A stretch of DNA of 64,000 nucleotides, from positions 24,468 through 88,467 of the forward strand of contig JBGPJF010000004.1 of assembly GCA_041485285.1 (NCBI GenBank), written 5' to 3'. This DNA comes from Thermoplasmata archaeon (GTDB lineage: Archaea > Thermoplasmatota > DTKX01 > DATEUP01). Positions 56,498-64,000 of the stretch are shown here, in pieces. The notes beneath the pieces are model-generated. The model saw only the letters and a program-made list of their open reading frames with translations, ran no database searches and had not been told where the DNA came from. Every line of letters starts with the position of its first letter. Within the stretch, counting starts at the first letter, position 1. Both the position numbers and the translations under genes were made by a program.

Positions 56498-57247
56498 TCA
56501 GTCCGAAGGTGTAGCCGCTGCCGCAGCGGCCGCGTACAGGTCGCCCCTGCTCCCTTTTGCGCGGCCGAAGCGCTTGGCGAAGAGGAACGTGAGGTTCTTC
56601 CGCCCGTCGCGCCAGCTCGAGAGCACGGCCTCGCCGATGCGCACGCGGTAGTCGATTTGGACTTCGAGGGCCTTGCCCTTGCGCGCGCGGAACGCTTCGA
56701 TCTTGAGTTCCTCCGAGAAGGGCATCCCGTCGGCGGTGAGGGTGAGGTCCTTCAGCAGTTCGCGGCGGAACACCCACATGCCGCTCTGCGAGTCCTTGAT
56801 GGGCACGCGGAAGAGCACGCGCGTGGTGACGGAGAGCACGAAATTGCCGAACCGGTGCCCGCCGCTCATCGCTTCCTTGCGCAGGTTCGATAGCCGGTCG
56901 CACGTGATGAAGTCGAGGCCCGCGGAAACGAGGCGGTCTGCAAGTTCGCCGATGCGCTCCGCGGGGTAGGTGAGGTCGCCGTCGAGGGTGGCGATGAAGT
57001 CGCCTTTGGCCTCGAGGAAGCCGGTCTTGTAGGCGCGGCCGTAGCCTTTGCGGGGCTCGACGATGACGCGGGCGCCTTTGGCGCGGGCGATGTCCTGCGT
57101 GTTGTCGGCGGAGTTGCCGTCGACGATGATCACTTCGAGCACGCCTTCGGGGATCTCGTCGAGGACGCCGCCGATGGATTTGCCCTCATTCAGGGTGGGG
57201 ATGACCACGCTCGTGCGCGAGAGGGGGGTGCGCGCTGCGTCGGCCAT
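56498..57247 (-). CDS. Family-2 glycosyltransferase (dolichyl-phosphate hexosyltransferase-like, Dpm1 type)
   Basis: Sequence 'VVIPTLNEGKSIGGVL...VIIVDGNSADNT...LDGDLTYP...QSGMWVFRRELL'. Confidence 0.8.
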   Translation of the reverse strand: MADAARTPLSRTSVVIPTLNEGKSIGGVLDEIPEGVLEVIIVDGNSADNTQDIARAKGARVIVEPRKGYGRAYKTGFLEAKGDFIATLDGDLTYPAERIGELADRLVSAGLDFITCDRLSNLRKEAMSGGHRFGNFVLSVTTRVLFRVPIKDSQSGMWVFRRELLKDLTLTADGMPFSEELKIEAFRARKGKALEVQIDYRVRIGEAVLSSWRDGRKNLTFLFAKRFGRAKGSRGDLYAAAAAAATPSD

Positions 57248-57457
57248 CGCGCCCCGAGCGGCGGGCCGACTTTAAGGTTTAGGGGGCCGATGCGCGAAAG
57301 CGCAACCGCAGGACGGAATTCGGTAGCGAGAAGTCTGACCCGGTTGTCGTTTTGAAACGCACCAAAATGGGCACCCTTCTCCGTTTGCCCATCCCCACCG
57401 GTAGTGAGGGGCCTTGAACGACATCCTTAACACCTATGGGTTCTACATAGTCCCTAT

Positions 57458-57658
57458 ATGGCGACACCCAAGGTAACCACAATCCAGCTCCCCCCAAAGG
57501 TGCGCGACCGCCTGAAGGGCTACGGGTTGAAGGGTCAGTCGTACGCCGACGTCGTCGTCCAGCTGATGAACCGCGTTGACTACGAGGAATTCATGGAACG
57601 GCAGTACCGGCGGCTGGCCAAGCGGAAGGACTTCACGCCGCTCGACGAGATCGCATGA
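57458..57658 (+). CDS. Small antitoxin-like protein partnered with a RelE/ParE toxin
   Basis: 66 aa. The stop overlaps the toxin start by 4 nt (ATGA). 'TIQLPPKVRDRLKGYGLKGQSYADVVVQLM'. Confidence 0.55.
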   Translation: MATPKVTTIQLPPKVRDRLKGYGLKGQSYADVVVQLMNRVDYEEFMERQYRRLAKRKDFTPLDEIA

Positions 57659-57930
57659 CGTTCCAGGTCTCCCTCCACCGGGAGGCGCGCAAATTTCTGG
57701 AGCGAGTTCAGCGGACGCAAGGGCAGCGAATCAAAGCCGGGCTCCGGGCGGTGGAGGTCGACCCCTTCACGCCGCGCTCGGGCGCAGACATCAAACGGCT
57801 CGACGGGACGCGCGGGCGCGACGACCTGTATCGGCTACGCGTCGGGAAATTTCGCGCGGTTTACCAGGTTGACGGCAGCGACGTCCTCGTCCCCGAGATC
57901 TGGGAGCGCGGCCACGGCTACGACATTTAG
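57655..57930 (+). CDS. RelE/ParE-family toxin
   Basis: Sequence 'FQVSLHREARKFLERV...RIKAGLRAVEVDPF...GADIKRLDGTRGRDDLYRLRVGKFRAVYQVDGSDVLVPEIWERGHGYDI' is the canonical RelE/ParE signature. Confidence 0.75.
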   Translation: MTFQVSLHREARKFLERVQRTQGQRIKAGLRAVEVDPFTPRSGADIKRLDGTRGRDDLYRLRVGKFRAVYQVDGSDVLVPEIWERGHGYDI

Positions 57931-57956
57931 CCACAGTGAGGGGGAGCGCACAGGAG

Positions 57957-59075
57957 CTAGTCCGTCCCAGGGGCGCCAGGGGCAGCGCCCGCGTCCCATG
58001 GGGGCGAGATCGCCGATGCCTTGGGGGCCTTGCCGACCAGCATCGCCGCGATCGCCGCCATGATCTCCTTGCGCACCCCATCGGCCCACGGCGAGAGCCC
58101 GCTGCCGCCGGACCCGCCGTTGGCGCTCCCCTCCGCGCGTTCAGCCGTGAACCCCGCGGCCGCGGCGTGGCCCCCGCCGTCCCACGCAACCCCGTGCGCC
58201 TTCGTCTTGAAGTCGCGGTAGAGCGCGCCGAGGTTTACGCCCGCCTCGGCCGCGCCGCGCGTGGCGCGCGAAGAGCCGCGCACCTTGCGGCCGTGCTCGG
58301 AGAAGGCGACGGCGATGTCCGCGCCGGCGGAGAGCAAAAGGACGGAGCAGTTCGATTCGAAAGCGGACACCACGGTCCAGGCCACGAACCACTCGCCGAC
58401 CTTTTCCCACTGGGTGCGCTGGAGCCCTTTGAGCTGCGCGGTAATCTCCGAGGGGTCGCGGTCGGCTTCCTCGACGAGCGCTCGGGCGAATTGGTAGGTG
58501 CCCGCCTTCGGCACGCTCGGCGCGCGGAAGAGTTCGGCGACCGACGCGAACACCTCCTCGTCGTTGTACTTGAACCGCCCCGTGTCGGTGAGGATGCCGG
58601 CAAGGAGCGCGACCTCCGCACGCTCGGTGACATGCGCGCCCGCGCGCCGCACGAGGAACAGGGCCATCTCGCAGGTCGCCTTGTACCGCGCGTCCGACCA
58701 GTAATAGGGCGTCCCCGCGAAGTTCGAGGGCTGGTGGTGGTCCATGAAGATCGCCGTGGCAAATTGCTGCGGGTCCTTGCAGTTGAGCTGCGACGCCGAG
58801 GTCGCGTCGCAGACCACGACGGTCTCGTACTCCTCGACGCGCGGGTTGATCGTGACCTTGATTCCGAGGGCGTCGACCACGCGTTGCGCAGACCTGTTGA
58901 GGCCTTCGAACGCGCCCACCGTCACGTGAGGGAACGCTTCTGCGAGCGCGACGGCCGCGCCGATTGCATCGGGGTCCGCGTTGACGTGGCCGACCGCGAG
59001 CGTCTTCTTCGAGGCGCGCAGGCGCGTGATGATGTGGTCGACGAGCGCCAGGTCTTCGTGCTTCGGTTCGCGCAA
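57957..59075 (-). CDS. DHH-family phosphoesterase (NrnA/RecJ-like core, DHH plus DHHA1) with a Gly/Ala-rich C-terminal tail
   Basis: Motifs 'VGHVNADPDAIGAA', 'VVVCDATS', 'IFMDHHQP', DHHA1 'GGGHAAAAGF'. Confidence 0.75.
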   Translation of the reverse strand: MREPKHEDLALVDHIITRLRASKKTLAVGHVNADPDAIGAAVALAEAFPHVTVGAFEGLNRSAQRVVDALGIKVTINPRVEEYETVVVCDATSASQLNCKDPQQFATAIFMDHHQPSNFAGTPYYWSDARYKATCEMALFLVRRAGAHVTERAEVALLAGILTDTGRFKYNDEEVFASVAELFRAPSVPKAGTYQFARALVEEADRDPSEITAQLKGLQRTQWEKVGEWFVAWTVVSAFESNCSVLLLSAGADIAVAFSEHGRKVRGSSRATRGAAEAGVNLGALYRDFKTKAHGVAWDGGGHAAAAGFTAERAEGSANGGSGGSGLSPWADGVRKEIMAAIAAMLVGKAPKASAISPPWDAGAAPGAPGTD

Positions 59076-59191
59076 GGGAGGGTCGCTTCCTGATTAGGGG
59101 CCGCGCCTTGGGCGGCTTTGTTTCGCCTTCCATCGGCGGGGGGCCAATATGTAGTTTCGGCTGGATCGCCGGGTTGCGGAGGATGCCCATT

Positions 59192-59698
59192 TCAGGCGAC
59201 GTGGATGAACACACCATTTGCCCTTGACGCCGCCGCCTCGTAGAAATCGTGGAGCTGTCTTAGGTCGGCAAGGCAAATTGCATAGCTCTCTTCCTTGAGC
59301 TTCTGCCAGCGCACCTCTCCCGCCTGATCGTCGCGCGCAACATCCGTCGCGAAGACGATTCGGTGCACGGCCTTCTCCAGCGCGACGACCCGGTCCCTCC
59401 GTAGGCCCGCTGCGGCTTCGCGCACCTCGGCAGGCTCGAGGTGGCAGAGGCCGTCATCACGAGGGCGGGCCCTCGGCCCGGCGATGGCCAACCGCGCGCC
59501 GGCCAGCTCGTCGCCTGGTTGCTCGCACACATAGTCGTAAAGGAAACCGAATACCTTGTCAAAAGAGACGGATGGAAGGGGCTTTCCGCCGCTCCGCTCG
59601 AAGGCGGAGTAGTCCTCGTGCCGGGATGTCTCGATCCACCGGCGCAGGAGGGGCATTCGCGAAGCCTCGATCTCTTCGAAGTTGTAATTGATCCCCAT
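59192..59698 (-). CDS. Hypothetical protein, YfbM/DUF1877-like
   Basis: About 168 aa with 'MGINYNF...' N-terminus and an overall profile reminiscent of DUF1877. Weak. Confidence 0.35.
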   Translation of the reverse strand: MGINYNFEEIEASRMPLLRRWIETSRHEDYSAFERSGGKPLPSVSFDKVFGFLYDYVCEQPGDELAGARLAIAGPRARPRDDGLCHLEPAEVREAAAGLRRDRVVALEKAVHRIVFATDVARDDQAGEVRWQKLKEESYAICLADLRQLHDFYEAAASRANGVFIHVA

Positions 59699-59737
59699 CG
59701 CAAGCCCCCCGAAGTCGGGCCTTGGCGCGCCGGCCCG

Positions 59738-60082
59738 TTACCCCGACTGCACGGCCTCATTCAATTCGTTGCGCAGCCGCTCGTAGAGCCCCTGCAGCTG
59801 CTTCTCCTGCTTCTCGACGCCCTTGACCTTGATCTCGAGTTCCTCTTTGCGCTCGCCGAGCGCGGCCTTGATCCCGGCGACGTCGTCGGTCTTGATGAGC
59901 AGGGCTCCCGCGGCCTTGTACAGGGTCGACCCTTGCGGCAGCCCGTCGATCTCTTCCAGCGCGAACTCGATCTCGTTGACGGCCGACTGGTACTGCTGCC
60001 GCTGCTGGGCCATCATCTGCAGCTGCTGGTAGAGCTGCTGGTACTTCGCAAGCTTCTCCTGGATTTCACGAGGAACGGCCAT
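59738..60082 (-). CDS. pfdB: Prefoldin subunit beta. Start at the internal Met 'MAVPREIQEK'.
   Basis: Sequence 'IQEKLAKYQQLYQQLQMMAQQRQQYQSAVNEIEFALEEI...LYKAAGALLIKTDDVAGIKAALGERKEELEIKVKGVEKQEKQLQ' has the coiled-coil, beta-hairpin, coiled-coil layout. Confidence 0.8.
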   Translation of the reverse strand: MAVPREIQEKLAKYQQLYQQLQMMAQQRQQYQSAVNEIEFALEEIDGLPQGSTLYKAAGALLIKTDDVAGIKAALGERKEELEIKVKGVEKQEKQLQGLYERLRNELNEAVQSG

Positions 60083-60154
60083 GAGTATCGCTCCGGTTCT
60101 TGAGCCAGCCTGGGTAAGAGGGCGGCCCACTTGAAACCATCGGGGGGCGCTCGG

Positions 60155-60436
60155 TCAATCCTCGCCGGCGGCCGCGGCCACATCGAGGGCCAGCGCGGCG
60201 GCCCGCAGGTACGAGTTTACGGCAGCGCGCAGGGACGTCACCGTGTCGGCTTCGATGCGGATTTCGACGGCGCCACCCTTTCCACGGCGCACGAAAATGC
60301 GCGCGCCCGGGAGCGCCCCGCCCTGCTCCGGCGACAGCGACTGGTGAAGCGCTCGCAGGTTCGCCTCGCCCGCCTTCCCGCGCGGCGCCGTCGCGGTGAA
60401 CACCGCGACGTGGCGAGCCTCTTTCTTGGCGCCCAT
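60155..60436 (-). CDS. pcc1: KEOPS complex subunit Pcc1-like
   Basis: Sequence 'AEANLRALHQSLSPE...RIFVRRGKGGAVEIRIEADTVTSLRAAVNSYLRAAALALDV' compares with Pyrococcus Pcc1 '...ALRGTVNSYLRWIKAAIDV'. Adjacent to pfdB, as in many archaea. Confidence 0.6.
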   Translation of the reverse strand: MGAKKEARHVAVFTATAPRGKAGEANLRALHQSLSPEQGGALPGARIFVRRGKGGAVEIRIEADTVTSLRAAVNSYLRAAALALDVAAAAGED

Positions 60437-60538
60437 GGTCAGCCCCCCTGCTATCCCTTCCTTTACTCTTATCTACTAGCATGCAAGAATATCCAGTCGA
60501 GGCGACGGCCAATTTCCGACCTGAAGGGCAAAGTGAAA

Positions 60539-60754
60539 ATGACGCTGTCGGAACCCGAGGTAACCCTCCCGCACGCGGACCTTTTCTGCCCCGCGTGCCA
60601 AACCGTCCGCCGCCACGATTTCCTCAACCCCGAAGACCCCACGCGCGTCCGCTGCGAGAAGTGCGGGGGCACGCGCGACCTGAACGCCTGGGAGCCCGAG
60701 GAGAGCGAGATCAGCCTTGCCGGCTATTCGCCCAGCGACGACGACGAGAGCTGA
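60539..60754 (+). CDS. Small zinc-ribbon protein with an acidic C-terminal tail
   Basis: Sequence 'CPACQTVRRHDF...RCEKCGGTRDLNAWEPEESEISLAGYSPSDDDES'. Start at the internal ATG 60539. Confidence 0.45.
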   Translation: MTLSEPEVTLPHADLFCPACQTVRRHDFLNPEDPTRVRCEKCGGTRDLNAWEPEESEISLAGYSPSDDDES

Positions 60755-60787
60755 CGCTGCCAGCGTGAGCGGGATGGGGGCGGCCCT

Positions 60788-61426
60788 TTGAGCGAAGAAT
60801 CCACCGACGGCTCGTCGCCGCTGGACGCGGTCTTCGAGAAGGCCGTGCGGCCGTACCTCACCACCGACGCCCTGCGGAAAGATTTCGCCGCCGACACGCC
60901 CGTCATCGTCATGGGCAAGGGCGACGACCTGCCGACCGAGACGCGCAAACTCCAAGGCGGCGGAACGCTCACGGTCCCCGTGCTTGCCGCCCTCAAAGAC
61001 TCGAAATTCGCCTCGAAGAGTACCGTCGGGGCGTTCGATTTCTCATCGATGGACGCCGACGCCGTCGCGCTCATGCTCCCCAAGGGCGGCACGGGCACGA
61101 GCGACATCCGCGTGGTTACGAAAGCCGGAAGCGGCGCCCTGCTGGTCGCCGACCTCGACGGGATGCTCGAAGGCGTCGTGGCGCTTGCCGACAACCCCGC
61201 GATGTCCGCGTTCCCCGGCGGCTCGTTCCTCATGGACGCCTTGCGCACCGGCATCAGCCAGGCCAAAGAGGAACTGCGCGGCGCGCTCACGACGCCCGAC
61301 GCCACCGGCAAGAGCCTGCTGGACCAGCTCCACGATGCGGCGCCCGAAGCGCAGCCTTCCCAGGCCAAAGGAAGCCGCTCCGCGAAAGCCCCCAAGGTCG
61401 CGGGCACCGGGGGTAAGCACCGGTAG
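60788..61426 (+). CDS. Hypothetical protein
   Basis: 212-aa ORF with a Lys/Ala-rich C-terminus. No recognisable domain. Confidence 0.35.
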   Translation: MSEESTDGSSPLDAVFEKAVRPYLTTDALRKDFAADTPVIVMGKGDDLPTETRKLQGGGTLTVPVLAALKDSKFASKSTVGAFDFSSMDADAVALMLPKGGTGTSDIRVVTKAGSGALLVADLDGMLEGVVALADNPAMSAFPGGSFLMDALRTGISQAKEELRGALTTPDATGKSLLDQLHDAAPEAQPSQAKGSRSAKAPKVAGTGGKHR

Positions 61427-61466
61427 GGTTTATCCGCCTCCCCGTTGTGCCTGAAAATGGCAGGCA

Positions 61467-64000
61467 ATGGCTGATCGGTCGAAGTCGGTAGAGGTTGCTG
61501 GCATCAGGGTGACCGCCGACACGGTGGTCACGGACATCCAGCGCCTGCACACCCTCGGCCTGTTCAACTACGAGGCATTCCGCGACATCATCCTCCCCCT
61601 GGAGTGCATCAATAACGCCCTCGAGGGCGTCCGCCGGCGCTATTATTCGGGCGCATGGACGGGGGACAAGGCGGTTTACACGGCCGACCAAGCCGCCCTC
61701 GTCTTGGATTTCACCGTGCGCCTGCACGAAGAAGAGATCTTTCCCAATTTCGAAGCCCATTACCAGATACTGAGCCCCGTCCCGATGTTTGCCTATGAAG
61801 GGTTTGGGCGCCTCGTTGCGGCGCTCGAGGTGGCGGCGAGCCAACGCCTATTCGATGGGAACAGCGCGTGGCTCTTCAGGTCGCTCGTCGCGCGGCTCGG
61901 CCCCGCCCCCGCAACGCCCCGCGACTTCGAGAGCCTCGCAGCCTCGCCCAACCAGCTGCGCCCGCTGTTCGAGGATTTCCACGGGAAGAAAGAATGGAAA
62001 AGCGCCAGCATCCGGACGCCTTCGCTCGACGAGGTCCAACGGATCCAGACGTACCCACGCGAGGCCGCCATCCTCCTTTGGATCTGGGCGCCCCGATGGC
62101 GGGCCGTCCTCGACGAGGCCCTGGGCGTCCCGGGCCTATCGGCGCGCGTCCGCGAGGACGGAGCGTACGAGGAACATGCAGTGGAGCCTGAGCGTGCCCT
62201 GTTCGAGGCGGGCCTTTTCCCCTACGCCACATTTGCCTACGTCGCGCGCCGCTCGATGACCTCGCACGGGGTGCTGCAGGAGCTTTCCGAATTTGAAACC
62301 CGGGTGCTGCGGAGCCCCCGTTCATCGCGCGGCAGCGAGGAGGCGCACGTCGAGCCGGACGCGGGCGCAAGGCGCGCGGAGTTTGCGCTTGGCATTCAGG
62401 CCTACGTGAACAAATTCGTGCACGAACTTGCGGGGACCGCCCCTGAGGCGTGCGCGGAGGCTGTACAAGTCATCACGCCGGGGGCGGTGGAGGGCTCCGC
62501 CCTCGTGCTGCTGGCGCTCGAGCGGATCAAGGAGGCCGGCGCAACGAGCCTCGGCGTCGGCCCCCAGGGCGCGGGAAAAACACCGAAGGGGGCGGTCGGC
62601 ATGCTCCTGAAAACGCGGCCCTCGTTCGAAGAGCCTCGGGCGTCGGTTGTGGAATCGCTCAAGAAAACCTCGGCGCAGACGCTCCTCGTCGCGGGGTGTG
62701 TCGCGTACCCGTGGAGGCAATTCTTCGAAGAGGCCCTGGCGATGCCGGGTTTTGCGCTGTTCATAGAGGCGGTGTACGGGCTCGGGAAGCGTGCGCCCGC
62801 GGAGGAGGGCGAAGACCCCGACAACTTCGAGAAGATCTCGGATTGGGGCGTCCTCCTCAAGGTCCCCGACTGCAACGACCCGACATGCGGCGTGGTGGAC
62901 CGCACCGCCGTCGAATCGGCGGCCACAGCGCTGGGGAACGGGGGGGTCCGCAAAGTCATCGAGACCTTCGAGCGGCGCGTGAAGCTCGGGCGCCCCGACG
63001 CCATCTTCCTCGTCCAGGCGGCGCTCGGCCTCAACCGCAAGGAAGTGGAAGCTCGAGTGGCAAAGCGCTCGCAGCTTGGAATCAAAGCCCTCGGCGGCCT
63101 GCCGGGGACGGCCGATGTGGAGGCCCGCCATGGGCAGATTCTGACGTTCGCGCGCGGAGCAGCCAAGGGGGGCAAGATCAAACGCGAGAGCGAAGAGGCG
63201 GCGGCCGCCGTCGCTCTTCAGAACCTCGCGGCGGTGGCCGGCCTCAGCTCGCCGGCCCGCCTCGAATGGCGCTTCGAGATCCGCCCCGCGGCAGTGAAGG
63301 CCCTCGGCGACGGGACCTTCAAGGTCGCCGACACGGAGTGCCGGATCAGCGTGCTCGGGCGGCGCCCAGAACTCATCATCTCGAAGGGCGACAAACGGGT
63401 CGCGCGTCCGCCGCCGATGATCACGAGCGCGAAGTGGTTCCTCGAATTCAAGGCCCAACAGAAAGAGCTCGGGGAAGTCGCGGACCGCTACAAGAGCGCG
63501 TTCGAACTCCTCATGTGCGACGGCTCGATGCTCTCGGAGGCGGAACTGCGCTTCCTCGACGGCGACTTCGCCGCGCGCGAGATTCTTCCGACGCTCGTGC
63601 TGTGGGACGGGAAGCGGAAGCTCCACCTTGGCCCGCCGAAAGACGCGCCGGCCCCGGCGAAGATCGCCCACCCCGCCGCGCTTGCGGTCGCGGGCCTGCT
63701 CAAGCAAGCCCAGACGCTCGTCGAGGAGAGCGGCATTGAACAGGCCTTCGAGCAGGTGGAGCGCAAGTACTTCGTACCTGGCGAGGGCGAGGGCGGCCGC
63801 CTGTCCACGCGCTTCGCGGGGGAGACGGGCGGCTGGATGCAATTACCCGCACGCCTGCGCAAGCGGGGCTGGAAGTGGGTCGATGAAAGTGATTCGTATC
63901 GCAGACTCTGGGGGGGGTACTCGGTCTTCATCGAGCGCCCCGCGCCCGCCTACCCGCAGTACCGCATGCGCGGGCTGTACTTCGAAAGGTCCGACGCGAA
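61467..64000 (+). CDS. Large uncharacterised, predominantly alpha-helical protein (over 844 aa, 3'-truncated by the window end). Not listed in the ORF track because no stop codon occurs before nt 64000.
   Basis: Manual translation from ATG 61467 in frame 3 (start position divisible by 3) is open to the window end: 'MADRSKSVEVAGIRVTADTVVTDIQRLHTLGLFNYEAFRDIILPLE...WDGKRKLHLGPPKD...RLWGGYSVFIERPAPAYPQYRMRGLYFERSDA'. An in-frame TGA lies at 61452-61454 just upstream. Antisense frames across the region are abnormally open, which is typical of a GC-rich coding region. Confidence 0.65.
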   Translation, partial: MADRSKSVEVAGIRVTADTVVTDIQRLHTLGLFNYEAFRDIILPLECINNALEGVRRRYYSGAWTGDKAVYTADQAALVLDFTVRLHEEEIFPNFEAHYQILSPVPMFAYEGFGRLVAALEVAASQRLFDGNSAWLFRSLVARLGPAPATPRDFESLAASPNQLRPLFEDFHGKKEWKSASIRTPSLDEVQRIQTYPREAAILLWIWAPRWRAVLDEALGVPGLSARVREDGAYEEHAVEPERALFEAGLFPYATFAYVARRSMTSHGVLQELSEFETRVLRSPRSSRGSEEAHVEPDAGARRAEFALGIQAYVNKFVHELAGTAPEACAEAVQVITPGAVEGSALVLLALERIKEAGATSLGVGPQGAGKTPKGAVGMLLKTRPSFEEPRASVVESLKKTSAQTLLVAGCVAYPWRQFFEEALAMPGFALFIEAVYGLGKRAPAEEGEDPDNFEKISDWGVLLKVPDCNDPTCGVVDRTAVESAATALGNGGVRKVIETFERRVKLGRPDAIFLVQAALGLNRKEVEARVAKRSQLGIKALGGLPGTADVEARHGQILTFARGAAKGGKIKRESEEAAAAVALQNLAAVAGLSSPARLEWRFEIRPAAVKALGDGTFKVADTECRISVLGRRPELIISKGDKRVARPPPMITSAKWFLEFKAQQKELGEVADRYKSAFELLMCDGSMLSEAELRFLDGDFAAREILPTLVLWDGKRKLHLGPPKDAPAPAKIAHPAALAVAGLLKQAQTLVEESGIEQAFEQVERKYFVPGEGEGGRLSTRFAGETGGWMQLPARLRKRGWKWVDESDSYRRLWGGYSVFIERPAPAYPQYRMRGLYFERSDA

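Overview
High-GC (about 65-70%) archaeal chromosomal segment. The proteins are non-acidic (K/R-rich), so this is not a halophile. Lineage markers are the archaeal primase operon (PriS, PriL) with PCNA, a DNA gyrase gyrB-gyrA pair, Nob1, Pcc1, prefoldin beta, aIF2-gamma, ribosomal S6e, TFS, and one PGF-CTERM surface protein. Together these point to a gyrase-positive Euryarchaeota-type organism; Thermoplasmatota-like or Methanomicrobia/Halobacteria-related is possible, but I cannot say which from sequence alone.

The window is mostly core informational and housekeeping genes: priS-priL-pcn, bcp, gyrBA, nob1, trpS, uppS, map, a YrdC-like gene, rps6e, eIF2-gamma, HDAC, a GT2, and a DHH phosphoesterase. 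Interspersed are accessory or variable stretches:

1. An island at about 6.9-9.6 kb downstream of tfs. The 3' end of tfs (zinc-ribbon coding part, about 120 bp) is present three times, once intact and twice as decaying copies. The copies are interleaved with a UPF0175/PIN toxin-antitoxin pair, an orphan UPF0175 copy, and two paralogous small membrane-protein genes. This looks like serial integration or duplication scars at a tfs-3' attachment site.
2. Several very large secreted or surface proteins: PKD/ASPIC, SBBP beta-propeller, TSP3-like Ca-binding repeats, CARDB-like, and one PGF-CTERM protein. Two of these clusters are each headed by a dual winged-helix regulator; one of those regulators is membrane-anchored with an extracellular domain.
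3. An IS630-family element (42936-44130) inserted between the giant TSP3-repeat gene and the 3' end of a CDP-alcohol phosphatidyltransferase gene. A perfect hairpin sequesters its transposase start codon.
4. A RelE/ParE-type toxin-antitoxin pair.
5. A CBS(x4)-HPF/RaiA fusion protein.
6. A long ORF (61467 to the window end, over 840 aa, no stop in the window). It is missing from the supplied ORF track because it lacks a stop codon, and it encodes a large uncharacterised alpha-helical protein.

One tRNA-Gly(CCC) is present. No rRNA and no CRISPR array were seen.
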